This document shows positions 27,152-41,481 of a stretch of 64,000 bases of DNA, piece by piece (positions within the stretch are counted from its first letter, which is position 1; the number at the start of each line of letters is the position of its first letter). Both the position numbers and the translations under genes were made by a program. The notes below the pieces were generated by a model that made no database searches, had not been told where the DNA came from, and saw only the letters and a list, made by a program, of their open reading frames with translations. Origin of the DNA: Perna viridis (lineage: Eukaryota); contig CM074521.1 of NCBI GenBank assembly GCA_037379345.1, positions 19,492,704 through 19,556,703 of the forward strand, in the 5' to 3' direction.

Positions 27152-28380
27152 TCATGGGTAATGACGTTTGAGGAAACCACAGTTGTTTGTTTTGGCACAC
27201 ATGTATGTATGTACTTTTGATCTGCAAACAGTTATTTGTTGACAATTGTTGATTGCTGTAACAGTCTGCACCTTAAACTACAACCAGTACATATAGTCTG
27301 ATGTCCTCATCTAGTAAATATATATCCTGAACTTCTCATAAGTTAAAAAAAAGGTACTTGGTACAAATAGCTTTATAATCTGAATAATGCCAAAAAATGT
27401 CAAAACCAACAAATCGTCATCTATCATCGATCCATCTTTCCTTTGTAGAATGATAGTGACTAGCAGTATTCATAAAAGGACATTTTGTGTTGTACATAAC
27501 ATTACAGATTTGTACATGTTCAGTGGCTAAAGTTTTATTCAGTACCTGTACTGGTGCACTGGCCATGTTTCTGATCAAGACTTAGTTATACATGTACATT
27601 GGCCAAAGTCTAGTTCAACACTTTCTGGTCACGACTTATGTATGTACAGCATTACACATGTATTTAATCTTGAAGTAGATGCACTGACAAAGATTTGAGA
27701 ATTATCTGTTAAATTATTTACTTCATATTCAAATATACAATAATGCATTATCTTGTATCCTGTTCAGGCCAAATATTTTTATTTCTTATTTACATAAAAT
27801 TGAAAACATTTTTATATTAAGCTAAGATACTACAGTATAGCTGTGCAGTAGTAGTTATTTAGTCGAGATCCACTGGGACATACTTTCCATCTTGTTTATG
27901 TAGATATAATAGCTTCAGACATACTAGTGTTAATAGTTATTGATGTCTAGAGGCCTGCAGTGGATGGTTTGCTGCTTGGAGTTCTTAATGTTTTTATCCT
28001 TTTTCTTATGTTATATCTATTATTACATTGTCATTTGTTTAAAATTTATCTGATTAATGACTTCCTTATGACAAGTTGCGCAATACTTCAGTATAATCTT
28101 TGTCATCCTCCATAGTATATCATTCTGAAACAAGCTCTGGAGAACTCGTGAGGGCTGTCATTAGTCAACTTCTTTTCTCATAATTTGCCATTACTATTGA
28201 ATACATTACAGCTGCATTAATGAGTGGTTGCCTCAGTAATTCTCAATTACGTTGGCCAATATTAGACTACTGTAACCAAAGTTAAGCTTTTGTTGCACGT
28301 GACTGTCTGTCTGTCTGTCTATCTACAGTAAGATGGTTTCTTTTCTAAGAAAGTTTAGAACCTTTCACTGAATTTCCTAG

Positions 28381-28884
28381 TAGAGTCAAATCTGTCTTAA
28401 GTAATCTAAAGAGAAAAAAATTATGATTACATAAAACAGGTGGTCAATTTATACAGGTAGATTTTACATATGAACTACTTAGGAATATTTTTTCGTAATC
28501 TGAAATATTTTTGCTGAATACAGATGGTTGCTAAGACATGTTTTTGCTGAAAACAGGTGGTCACCAAGACAGGTTATTGCTGACTGCAGGTGGTCGCTAA
28601 GACAGGTTATTGCTGTATACAGGTGTTAACTAAGACAGGATAATGCTGAATACAGGAGGTCACTATGACAGAATAAAGCTGAATACAGGAGGTCACTAAG
28701 ACAGGTTATAGCTGAATACAGGTGGTTACTAAGACAGGTTTTTGTTGATACAGGAATAGGCCACTAAGACAGGTTTTTGTTGATACAGGAATAAGCCACT
28801 AAGACAGGTTTTTGTTGATACAGGAGGTTACTAGGACAGGTTTTTTGTTGATACAGGTGGTTGCTAAGACAGGTTTTTACTGTG
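28381..28884 (-). mobile_element. Same MITE family carrying an expanded ~31-33 bp tandem array (about 12 units, 28500-28880)
   Basis: Left end tagagtcaaatctgtc and right end acaggtttttactgtg. Unit gctgaatacaggtggtcactaagacaggttatt. Confidence 0.75.
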
Positions 28885-30980
28885 CAATAAAGGTCAAATT
28901 AATAATTTTCAGTTACATTTTACATCTTTATTAAAAAACAGAAGGATTAATCCAAGAGAAGTTCTCTTTTTTTTTTACTGCCTATCTTGCTATAGTTATA
29001 ATTCTGGTGAGTAGAAGTCTGAAGTTTGGAACATATGGCCATTACTAGTTCTTATCTTTATTACATAAATATTCTTTAATTTAGTTACCTTTTTGTTCTA
29101 TGTAGTAAATTTTTCCTTTAGTCTCTTGGGACTAGCTGAAATCTCTCATTATTCTGTGCTAAAAGATAAAGTAAGCTCAGCTATTGATGATGATGCTTGC
29201 TCTATACATTTTTCCCTCGAGATTCTATTCTGGTCAATATATTCAAGAGAAATGTAAGAATTATGTGCTTGTTTTCTTGATGATCCTTCCCTTTATGTAA
29301 ATTTCGTTCAGATGCATTGTGGGTATTGGTCAGAAGTGATTTTAGTCATTCCATGGGTCAGTGTTGGCCATCAGCAAATATTTATTATTTTCTTTAGTTA
29401 GGAATATAATTTACATGTCTGAAGGAAGTTTTTACTGGCCCTTTTTATAAAAGCACAACAAATTTGCAGCCATATATTGGAATGGTGCTGTGTTCCTTGT
29501 TGTTGGCTTCGTCATCCTGTTTAACTTTTTATGTGATAACTGGAATATTAGTTGGTTGATCTTGAATATTGGTATAGATTTTGGTGGTCCTAGCGCTAAC
29601 TATGTTTGAATAAGGGGCCAAAAAATGACCAAAATCTAATTTCAATTTCATAGATTCTAACAATATAAAGATATTGTTTCTCAAGACTCTATACCATGGA
29701 GATCAGACTTGTGTAGGTTTTGGGGGTTTATACTAGAACTTTTATGTATAACTTGTCAAATTCTTATCCTGTCAAAATTCAGAGCTGTTTCCATCTTCAT
29801 ACTTGCCCAAAGTATTCAGGGTTTGACCTGTGGAGTTTTTAAGTTTCACCCTGCTGGAAGCATTAAATGACATTTGAGATTCAGTCATTTTTACCAAACA
29901 AAGGCCAGTTCTAACTTTCAATTTCTAAAATCTGGAATATTTGGTACAACAAACTTTTATATTACAGAACATGTTTGCAAAAATGCATTTTCTTCCTTTC
30001 CCTCATGTATCGAAGTAAATCTGTTCACAAAGATGGTTGTCATGCCAACCCGACATTATTTATGTTTAGTCCTCCTGTCCCCTTACTGCTTCCAACAAGA
30101 TTGTCTCCAAGACATACTGGATTTAGAAATGTCCTAAGATCATGTCAAGCAGCATTTAAAAGATAATGATGCCAATTTAAACATGAAGACTTATGTTTAG
30201 AGATTTATGCCACTTTGTCTCCTATTATCCTGTTTCCCAAGATAGTTTAAGCTGGCGGCTTTAATTCTAGATAAGTAGAAGAAAAGATGAGAAGGGGACA
30301 TGTCTAGTGCTGTGTTTGGCTCATACAGGGTTGTTTCACTAATCAGATTGTCTGAGATTTACATAATGCTAGTTTTTCCAAGGAATATTTTGTAATTATT
30401 CTGTTGTTTTTGGTATATTTTGACTTTTGATTGAATTTAAATGCTTAGCCAATTTATTCATACAAGTTTAGAGAGATTTTGAACAAATGTGATTGGACTG
30501 ACTTTTCAGTGAAGGAAGAGTTTAAATTCTAAGATTTAAAATTATTTTGTCAACAACTAAATACATATTTTTGTAGTTTTTGGATGTCCTATATTGACTG
30601 AAAGGCATAGGTAGTTTTTATTCTCTTATTGTCATAAGATGAAATCTTAGTTTATATGGCTGTCTATATCAAATAGCTTAAGATTTAAATTATTTAAAAT
30701 AAGTTGAGTGATTCATTATACATCATTAAAATCTCATTAGGCAGATAGAATTGAAGCTCCATTATAGCTAATGATATTTTATATTTTATATGCCTTATAA
30801 GCTTTGCTTTGATTGGCTGTTTCTAAAGGTAAAGACTGATTTAAGGAAATAACTGTCAAAAACACACAATTTTTGACAGTCCTCCAATAGCATCAGGAGA
30901 ATTTCACATGTAGGTTTCTTAAGAAAATTATTGTGGATCTTGGAGTTTTCAGTAGTAAATTTCAATCTATTTTTCTTTAA

Positions 30981-31699
30981 AGCTGCATTAGCTGCCAAAT
31001 TTGTTCAGTTCTGATTCTACTGAATTTTGCTGATTCAAATAAGTTTGTAGTAATACAATTAAAGCAATAAATGCCGATGATACCTTCAAAATATTGTGAA
31101 AACATTGTTTTTTTAATCAAAGAATATTGATCTAATTATTTTTCGCCATTACTTTCGAAGATTACTGCAGGACAATCACCTGAACTACTTTCACTTTGGT
31201 GAAAAAAATAACAATAACGGATACACAGGTAAGCATGTGTCTTGTTTACATTTCATTTAATCTATTTCTTGATTAGTTTTCAAATAAATAATGAAAATTA
31301 CTGATCATATTTGTACCACATTATATCACAATACGTAAATTACAAAAGGATCCTTGCGTTACATTCAAACTTTTTTTTTATGGCTTGAGTCTGTCAGTCT
31401 TACTTGCCATTTATTAACCACTTTAGCTTTGCAATCAGATTTTTTTAAAAGAAGCGACACTTACACCACATGCATGGATTAAGGTCACAAGAAGTTACAT
31501 GCATAAAAAATTATCTAGGTTGACTTTTTGTCTTGCAAGACAATTAATGTATCGACACCTATTTCATGTATTTAATGCATTTTATTTGTGGATATCAAGT
31601 AAAATTGTACTAGAAAAGGGCAATTTAGTAGAAATAATTCAAAGTTAAGATGTATTTCAACATAAACAAAATTGTACAAAAGTGACAGCTAATGCAGCT
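30981..31699. mobile_element. 719-bp non-autonomous Kolobok-like element
   Basis: Perfect 14-bp TIRs AGCTGCATTAGCTG / CAGCTAATGCAGCT flanked by TTAA at 30977-80 and 31700-03. No ORF. Confidence 0.85.
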
Positions 31700-34191
31700 T
31701 TAAGGTTTGACATTTGCATATTTGGGGCTTTAGTTACAGATGCTGCTGCTATTGGTTGGGAGATGTAATGTAGTAATAAAGAAACAATTGTGTAAAAAAA
31801 AACCTTATATAACTTCTCAATCTTCTATGCAAGTCCTATGGAAACTGTTTTAAATACTGATAAAAAATTTTAGAAAGTGAATGATCATGAGGAATTTTAA
31901 TTACAGCAAATAAAATAGTTAACTCCAGGAAGTAGCTTGAATCCTTTGATTGAATGAACATTACCTGATGAAACTTATAGGTACTGGAGTTAAATTGGCA
32001 GATGACAAGGAGTTATTTACCTTCTTTTATTCCTTAGATATTTGAAATTTATGTCTGATAGAATGTTTAAAGGTTAACTACCTTAGTAAATTTATCCAGG
32101 TAAGACTTATCTCTATCTTCTAAAATTAACTATTTTACTTGCTGTAACACTGCCTTATTGATCAATGCAATCATTTGGGCTCCCTTTAGGCAAGTTTATT
32201 TGAACATTTTTGATAGCTTGCGTAAAATTGATTGTTTGAAATATTTAAAGAAATTTATTGGCGTTGAAAATTAATGAATAAACATTTTTGGAGCTCTCAA
32301 CAGCACTGTGAAATTATTTTTTTTAAGATCTAGGCTGATAAACTTAATAACTGTGTTCTATGATCTAATGGCTAAGATGCCTTATTGTAAGTAGCAGTCT
32401 TTCTAAAAATCAGACAGAAGGTGATTCGAGCATGTTAAAAACCCACCAAATTCAGTTTTATTTTTTGTTCAGAAACAGTAACTGATCATGTAACTAGTCT
32501 TCGTTTTATATTTGGGGGTTGCGCTTTTGATATAAAATCATGTAGATTGTAATGGAGTTTGCACTTTTCTAGAATTATCGTTGTTGGTTTGGCTTCATTT
32601 GGTTGATTTTAGTGGGAGATAAAAGTATGATTTTCTAAAAATTGCAGATCTAAATGCAGAAAAGATTGTTGTCATGTGAAAGAACAGAAAATGCATCATT
32701 TATTTGGTGGGTTTTTTCTTGACCATGAATCACTTAACCATTGGCAGTGTCTGAATTTTATGTGGACTGGTACTTAATTACAGTTTTTATTATCAGTGAG
32801 TTTGGGAAAAAATATACATGGCACAAGCTTTATTTCTTAAAAAGCACCATACAATGATGAAAAAACCTTAATTTGACCAATCTAGATGGCAGTCAGAATA
32901 ATTTGAATGTATGACATTTTCCATAGTTTTGCCTGATCTCACTGGCTTAAGTCATCTTATGTCAGCTTTTTCTTGTTGTTGCTAGAATGCTTCTTATCAG
33001 ACACCACTAAACCTTGACCTCTAACCCCTTTTATTAGTTCAAACATGGATGTTTTAATGTAAACATTCTGGCTTATATCAATAGACAAGAACCCAATTCA
33101 ACCCTTTCATAATCAAAAATTGCTACCATTGTGGTATAGATTCATATAGATTGGTATCTTAAACTGATGAAAAACTATTGGAAATTATTTGCCACTGTGT
33201 AATAGGAGATACTCCATGTTGTAGTTATAAAGAGATTATCGCTGTTTGAGGACTCGGAAAACATCTGTTAAAGAGGGAAATCTTATAAAAGTCTATATTA
33301 GCAAATTACTCCTGTATTTAACGATTCACTTGGCTGATTACCTATAGGTAAATGATCACATAATACCACGTAATTTTACCAAGTGATAGGTGTAGAATAC
33401 GTGTACCTGTATTTAAACCACTCTTTATTGAACTTGAATGAGGATTACATACCCAGTGACACAGTGAAATATTTGGATAAGTACTTTATATAGTACTTGG
33501 ATTTATTTTCAACTTTAAAGGTAAGGATTTATGTGATGATATTCTCATACAGATCTTAATTTTATGGTTTAATAGCCAATTTTTATGGTGCATTGAATGG
33601 CAAATAAAACTTGACCCCATTATTATAAAGCAAGTTTCTAGGTCATGTTTTACAGGTTGCTCTGGAAGTTTTCCATATTATTTGATACATACCTATTGCT
33701 TTAAATTTTAGAGGAATTAGTGTGTTTGATCGGGAAGTATTTAGTTTAAAAAAATGTATGTTTGTATTTCGAAATTACATTTGCAATCATCTAATTTATT
33801 CTTGTCCAAAAAGTAGGGCAATTGATGAAAAAATTGCCTCAGGCTGAAAGAAGCAGCTTTTATAATTTGAAATAATAATCAGTAGATTAAAATTTAAATG
33901 CAAAAAAAAAGGAAAATGCTGACTGAAAACTGGATTCATTTCTCTTGGAGCTTTTCATTTAGATTATGTTGAGCAGTATTTGTGAGTTATTAGAAATATA
34001 AATTATTTCTGTGACAGTCAAAATTAAAGACTGAAGTAACAGGAAAGTCAGACTAGAAATTTAGAATATTTTTTTTTATATGCAGGTTTTTATTTAAACC
34101 AGAAATGAGGTTTCTTTCTATAAAAAATATAAACTGTATGTTATATGTATGTAACAGAGAATTCATTTTTGTTTCCAAACAGTTTAAGCCT

Positions 34192-34428
34192 TGTAATACA
34201 TCTATTCATCTGAACCTACCTACATGTAATACATCTATTCATCTGAACCTACCTACATGTAATACATCTATTCATCTGAACTTACCTACATGTAATACAT
34301 CTATTCATCTGAACTTACCAAAATGTAATACATCTATTCATCTGAACTTACCAAAATGTAATACATCTATTCATCTGAACTTACCTACATGTAATACATC
34401 TATTCATCTGAACTTACTTACATGTACC
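34192..34428. repeat. 33-bp tandem repeat (7 units)
   Basis: Unit tgtaatacatctattcatctgaacttacctaca. Confidence 0.95.
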
Positions 34429-35900
34429 TACTCAAAACTTTCAGACATGAATTCGAAAGGGGAAACAAACATAGTCTTAAGGCTGGCCTTTTTTATATTG
34501 TATCAAGTTCTGTTGAATGATTCTTCACTGAGGAAGTAAACCATTTTATGCTTGGTGAACTCCTATATCAAAAACCTTTCTATGTTAATAAAACCACTGT
34601 GCCATGTTATAGTTAAAGTGACATGTCTTTCAGTGAATTATATGTCATATTAATGAGACACTAGTGGACACTGTAGTTGACCAGGTAAGATTACTTTGGG
34701 TTTTCTTTTTGTGTTGAAAACAAACAAAATACAAGTGATCTGTTGCAATATCAGTTTTTTTTTTTTTTTGCAAAAGGTTGGAAAATGTCAAGCAAAACTT
34801 TGATGTAAAACTATAATTTTCAATAATTTTGATGTATTAAGAATCTTGTTTAGTGACTGTATATTGTTAACATATTAATTTTCAAGGTTGTTAATTTTCA
34901 CGGATTCTGTCAGGTGAACACATTAACGGGTATTTTCGTGGTTTCAAAAAATGGTTAACATTTAAAAGTGTATAAAATCAATTTTGTGGGTACTATTTTT
35001 CACGATTTTCTGCCCAATGTGAAATTAGCAAAAATTAGTATGTTTGCAGTACGTGAATTATAACATTATGTAATGGAAATATTAGGCTCACCAGTCTTCT
35101 GTTTCTACTGATTAATGATAATTTTCCATTGAACACCTAAACAACACCCCCTCCACTGCCACCACTCCTGCCTTACAAAAGCATCACATGGTAGTATGAC
35201 AGACCAATATATTTCATCTGATGAGCAGATAAAATTTTGTGATCATGTGAAATTCATGTGAAGAGAAGCCTTGATATGAAATTTCTGTGAATCTCACATA
35301 AGTTTTAAATTTCACATAAACTTATTACGTATATGAAAACTTATATGAATTTCACTTGAAGCTGAATTCACATGAATTTTTGCCTTTGTAAAATATGAAA
35401 TCTTGTCAGAACCAATTCAATCAATCATAACTGCATTTATATGATTTTACTCCCTCTAAACAAGGAAAACCACTCAGTATGACTCTAATCAGCTGGACAA
35501 TATTTAACCATTCATTTCCATGAAATTATTGTTAAGTATGGATTGATATTCAGTAGAGAAGGGGGTAACAGGTTCAATAGACTCCTGTTCTACAATCTCT
35601 TGCCTTTTTGTATTGATATTTTATGTACATCTATAGACTACAATCTCTGGGCATAGAAAACAATATTTTTTTTCTCATTTAAGTCCTAGAGGAACAATGA
35701 TAAATATCAGAATCCCAGCATGCTATGTTTAGCTCTGTATGTTATATGTAAAGTATTGTATTTTGTCTTATTGATCAGGCGCATTATAAATGATGATGCT
35801 TTTGGGTAGATATATCTGTGAACAAGTTCTTTAGCTATGACATGCAAATATTGAAATAATAAAAGACATTTTATCATACGTGATCGATGTTCACTCTATT

Positions 35901-36049
35901 CAGGGCTGGATTCAGACACTTTGAAAAGGGGGTGGTGGTGGTAGGACATTATTTACCATTTTCTTGCAAATTTTACACATGAAAATGACAAATTTTTCAA
36001 TAAAAAGGGGAGGTGCCAACTGCCTGCACCCCCCTCTGAATCCCCACTG
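35901..36049. mobile_element. ~150-bp MITE with G/C-rich subterminal tracts
   Basis: cagggctggattcaga / tctgaatccccactg imperfect TIRs. A similar decayed element lies near 56005-56155. Confidence 0.55.
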
Positions 36050-38029
36050 ATATTGATAATCTTTTTTTTTTATTAATATTTTACATCTATAATTATTTTA
36101 TTCTTAGTGACATTGACATGCTGATATGTAATTATAGATCACATTGGCAGTTCATTCTGGATTTCTCTTATTGATCACTGGTATTCTTGCTTCACATGTT
36201 GAGTCTTTTTATACAAGTCTGTTGTTTACATTTGAGAGCCATCGTTTAGGTATTTTTTTAATGTAAATTTTAACCTACATCTAGGCTTTCTACTATACAA
36301 ATAAAGAGTGTTGAATAACGCAGAGCTTTATTTCGCCACTGCATAATAATATCTCCTGGTTACCTTTTCATTTATGAGCAACATCAAAAACAGGAAACTG
36401 GTAACGAGTTTAAAGGTGTATGTATTAACCACTGCGCTCAAAAGATTGCTGAAAAAAATATACTTTTTTTGGCAAATTTTGCATGTTTATTTTAAAAATG
36501 TAGTTGCAGGATAAAAACAGACATGAACACTGTCGAAAATATCAATATATTTATTTGTATTCACTCCAAAACAGTCAGATTAGCTCGGGAAACCCTCGTG
36601 ATCTGACTGTTTCTAAAGCTTGTCAAATAAATTTGATATTTTCTATCAATATATATGTGTTGTATATTTATGTGTTAGGTTAGTCTTTATTTCAAGTATT
36701 GCAACAACATTTATTTCAGCTTTTATATTTCAATGACTTGTATTTTCTTGCTCTGGAATTAGCTAAAATAAGTTGGTTTACAGAATCTTTGTTTTTGTTA
36801 TTATTGGACATACATGTACATGTACCTGTCTCTAAGACTGATCTTGTCAAGTGAAGTATCAGTAATCAGCCTGAACAGCTGCTACTTTGTTTTTGTTCTG
36901 TTTCTTGCACTGTTGTAAATCTCTGATTCATGAATTTCCATGACAATCTGATCTTTTGGAATTGGGAACAAGAAAGACAGATCAGCCTCTTTCTAATTAT
37001 TTCTTTTCATGTGGAGCCAGTATTTGATTTTTCTGTGGATTTCTACTGATCATGACAGATTTTACTGAAACTGAAAGGGAATGGCTTTCTATCTTTGAAC
37101 AGTATCTGGCAATCATCAGACTTGTTTTAGAGTTGTTTGGGATTGTGGATATTTGTTGTTTATTTATGGAACACTAATTGATCATTTGTTACATCTCTGA
37201 CAGCTCACTATTCTTTATGCCAGCAATTATTGTTCTGTTACTTCTACAATTTAAGAAATTTTGTGTAATTTGAGTGTGATTGGACATGAAGTTTTCATAT
37301 AAAAGCTTGAATTTTCATGCTGCTATTTCAGCTCATTCTCTTTGACGGTTATTGAATTGATTACTTTACATAAACATTATACTAATTTAATGTGTGAGAC
37401 GGTTTCAGATTGTGTTAGGCTAGGATGTTAAGTTTCTAATGCTTGGTGTCTTTGACAGTATTAGATAATGGGAGTATTATTTACACATATCACAATACAT
37501 AACCTTTCCATCACTAATGAAAAACCTGTAGTGGATAATTTTTGCCGGTTGCTAATTTTTGCATATTTTAGTCCAGAAAGGCCAACATTTTTTACATTGG
37601 GCTTCAGTACTCAGTGCAATTCAGGAACTTCAATCAAAATTTTTTTGTATACCTTTTTGCTTTTAAATTTTACACCCACCAAAATAATATGCATTGGATT
37701 TAGGATTACAGCCATTTTGTAAGCCTGCCTTTTTAGGGACATATTTTCAGCTGTCTGCTTGTTTCTCGGTCCAGACCTCATATGAAAATTCAAAAATGCA
37801 TAAGAGGATTTAATATTGTTTTGGCATAATGTTTGTCTTCATGAAAGGAAACTGTTATTTTAGTTTTGTCAATTTTGGCAGTTACAAATATTCCAAGATC
37901 TTCCCTACTTCTCTATAGTTAACATTCTTATATGTTGTGGTTGTATCTCTTGACCCTATTGTAGAGTATTTAATGGGTCTGCTTCATGTAGAACATTGGA
38001 TACCCTATTTTTTGGACAACACTGATTAA

Positions 38030-38239
38030 GGAGGTAGACCTGGGGTAAGTGATATAACTTTTCAATCAGTGATATGTTTGTATCATATACAATTTCATGA
38101 AAGCCTCTCAAGCTTCTCTTTGAAACAGAATGAAATCAAACCCAGTTACTTTGATGCTGCCATGAGATGGTATAAAATGGTGAATACAAACGTTCCAATG
38201 ATTTTTAAGAGTTGTGTCCCTTACCCCAGGTCTACTACC
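38030..38239 (+). mobile_element. ~210-bp Kolobok-like MITE
   Basis: TTAA on both sides. TIRs GGAGGTAGACCTGGGGTAAG / CTTACCCCAGGTCTACTACC. RR..YY termini with a TTAA target fit Kolobok rather than piggyBac. Confidence 0.85.
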
Positions 38240-39852
38240 TTAAGTTAAATAATTGTCTACTGTTCTACCAAAGCAATATACTATGGTTGGATTACACAGA
38301 AACAAAACAAATTTTACTTTTAGTTGTTGTATTCTATTAGATAACCACTGGAATTGTTTACACTTATTGAAGACCTTTTGGTGATCTCTGAAAGTATTTA
38401 CTATTTTGTATTTAGATTATATGCTGGTGCATTTGGTTGTTTTTCACCATATACCATATTTTTTTCCTATAAAAATCTTGAATTTCCTGTTTCATGACAT
38501 GTAGCAGTCAAAATGTGGTGTGACTTATGAGAATGGCTGACTGATTAGTTGAATTTATAATCAAGCAACAGGAAAAAAGTAGAAAAACTTTGAGCAGAGC
38601 TCACTTAAGGATACCCCCGCTCTTCTACCCAGTAACCATATGGTCAAAAAGACGAAACATAATATTGCTTCAGTCTGAAATCAGATCCAACAATATTGCA
38701 TACCTATATAAAACTTGTGTTAAAATATCAAGTGGCTTTGATATGTAGTGGAAAATAAAACTACAAAAAGTAGTGAATGGAAGAACAGATGCATGGACAT
38801 CATGACACTATGATCACCATATACCTTCCAGTGACATGTGGAAGGGGGAATGTTATAATAAAAATGTAAATTGTTTAAAGAATCTGTACATATTAAATTT
38901 TGAAACGCTTGTTTAGAAGGACAAGCATGTGCAACAATCAGTTTTCATATGTGTGCTTTGAATTGTATGGAATTATAGATCTGATGTTGGTAACCTCCTG
39001 TTACAATTGATATAAGTAACAAGGTTGGTGGTATCTGTGTCTGTACACTTGAGTTATTTTGATCAAAGAGTTATCGTCTTATCATAACTTCCTATTGAGA
39101 GTGATTTATCGAAATCACAGGAAAATTGGAAATATGACCAATCTGTGTAATACCAAATTACATTTATGTAATCTATGATTGTGATTGGTTTAGATCTAAA
39201 TCACTCATGATTTTTTCTACCATACTGTGGCACAATACAGAGTATCACTATATTATATTGTTAGGATATCGGTAACACAGATTTTTTTTAAATTGTAAAT
39301 TTAGTGATTGGTAAAAACCCTGCATTATAGATTTTTTTTCTATTAATGTGCTCAATGTCAATGAAGTTTTTGTAAATTTGTAAATTATGCAACTATGAAC
39401 TTGATTTAAGAAGTAGTGATTGCTTCTGAAATTACAGTAGACTGATGACTTTAAGATTTCTAAAAGCCATTATTTTTTATTTTATTATTTTTTATTTTTT
39501 GGGGGGGGGAGGTGGGCTGGGGTTGGGGATAAATAGAGTTTATTAAGTTTATCAGGAAATGACATTTTTGTACTATCAATAGACTCACAGATGAAGCAAT
39601 GAGTTATAATATGAAAAGTTGCATTGTTAAATATTTAATGTGTATGTTTTTGTTGAACTTCATATGATGCTCTGCAGCTGAATTTATTAGCTCAAATGAA
39701 GTGAAAATATGATAAAACTACAATGGGTTTCTGTGTGTATAGCCAGGCCACGTCTTTGTGATCACTATGTTTGTTTAACAAAAACCTTTTATAATTTGTT
39801 TGTTTTTAGTGGCAGTAGACATTGATTGCTGATATTTATGTACAAATTTTAA

Positions 39853-39881
39853 TTAATCTTTTCTCTCTTTTTCAGGTAAGT
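39853..39881 (+). promoter_or_regulatory. Putative recursive splice site (ratchet point) 2
   Basis: ttaAt branch-like motif, 17-nt pyrimidine run (39857-39873), then cAG|GTAAGT with the junction at 39875/39876. Confidence 0.65.
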
Positions 39882-41112
39882 AAAAGCTTTAAAGATCAGA
39901 TGACAAAAGGTGAAATGTTGGGTCAGTGTAAACACGACAGATATTTGGTCATGGATTAGTTTCGATCAAATTTTACACATTGTGTTACAAACTGATTAAG
40001 TGTCCTTCATGGAATATTTAAATATAGTGAAACACAGTCTTTCTGTATGGAGTAAAACTTTGTAGAGGTGTTTTGTAAGTTGATAAAAATGTTCAAAAGT
40101 CTACATGTGGGTAGGCATAAATCCAAGGTAAGGACAATTTATTTTTCCCCTTTTGGTATAACATGTATTTAATTCATAACTATGCAAAAAAAAAAATGGC
40201 TTGTTGAAGGTTGAATTTCGTAATCTTTAAATTAGGTCAATATTAGGGGCCAAGTAATCAATCTGATTATCATGAAACTTTAAAAACTATCTACAGTATT
40301 ATTAATTTTTTTTGTGAATTCTTTATGAATTGATTATCAATTTCATTACAAAGTCAATATTGAAAACCACATTGTCAGGTTCCATTAAATGTGTATTAAC
40401 GAAGGCTAAAACTTCAATCTGAAATCTGAAGTTTGAATTCTCAGTTACTTGTAGTAGATTTATAAGTTGGTATCCATGAACCATTTTTAGTTATTGTATG
40501 GTAAAAATTTCTTCAAGTTGTATTCTTAGCTACCAGAATTGGTTTGTCACTTTTATACTGTGACTTCCATGCTGATAAACTTGTCTGGAATAAGTTTTGA
40601 ATTTACTATTTTCTAATTTTGCTTTAATTTTCATACAGCTTGACCAGTGTGGAAAAACATGTTCTCATCACTAGTGACTTTTTTGTTCTCAGAGTTTGAT
40701 TGGCTTAGAAATCTATTGTCTTGGACTCCATCTTGAATCACTTCGATTGCCATTGTAGTTATATTTCAGTTAAATGAGATAATTTTGGTGTTTTCTAACC
40801 TTAAATGAGAACTATGAAGGGACTCTGGAAGATTTGAAGTGAAAAAACCTTTGAAATCATCTGTTTTCCTTTGTTTGGGAAAATCATTTTTATGACACAT
40901 ATAGTGAATGGTGGTCAAGCAAGCAAGGGGGGGAAATCATTTTTGTAACACATTTCAGTTTCTTCGCAACTTCTAATGGCAGCACCTTGATTTTTGGTAT
41001 CCAGCATCAGGTACAGGTCCCATATGGTTGGATATGATTTCAGGACTGTCTACTTCCTGTTTAAAGAAATTCTCCCATTTCTGCCTTTGACCCATGTGAA
41101 ACCATGTGACCC

Positions 41113-41440
41113 TCTACAATAACTGTACATGTGTTGGATGTCTATGATTCTCTACAGTAAGTGTACATGTGTGGGATATCTATGATTCTGTACAATAGGT
41201 GTACATGTGTGAAATATCTGATTCTCTACAGTAGATGTACATGTGTGGGATATCTGATTCTCTACAATAGGTGTACATGTGTGGGATATCTGATTCTCTA
41301 CAATAGGTGTACATGTGTTGGATATCTGATTCTGTACAATAGGTGTACATGTGTTGGATATCTATGATTCTGTACAATAGGTGTACATGTGTGGAATATC
41401 TATGATTCTCTACAATAGCTGTACATGTATGAGATCTCTA
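41113..41440. repeat. 36-38 bp minisatellite (about 9 units)
   Basis: Unit ctacaataggtgtacatgtgtgggatatctgattct. Confidence 0.93.
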
Positions 41441-41481
41441 CAGCACAGCAGTTCCTTGCTATTACCTAATACTCTGTAATA

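Noticed and set aside
29760-30200. GC-balanced stretch with ORFs 29874 and 29975 as an exon or LINE remnant
   Set aside because: No recognisable motif or convincing splice sites on either strand.
34270-34400. AG|GTAAGT on the minus strand within the 33-bp repeat
   Set aside because: Antisense to the gene, repeat-derived and lacking a pyrimidine tract.
39501-39528. G-quadruplex-capable G tracts (also near 56083-56110)
   Set aside because: Simple or repeat-derived G runs with no independent sign of function.
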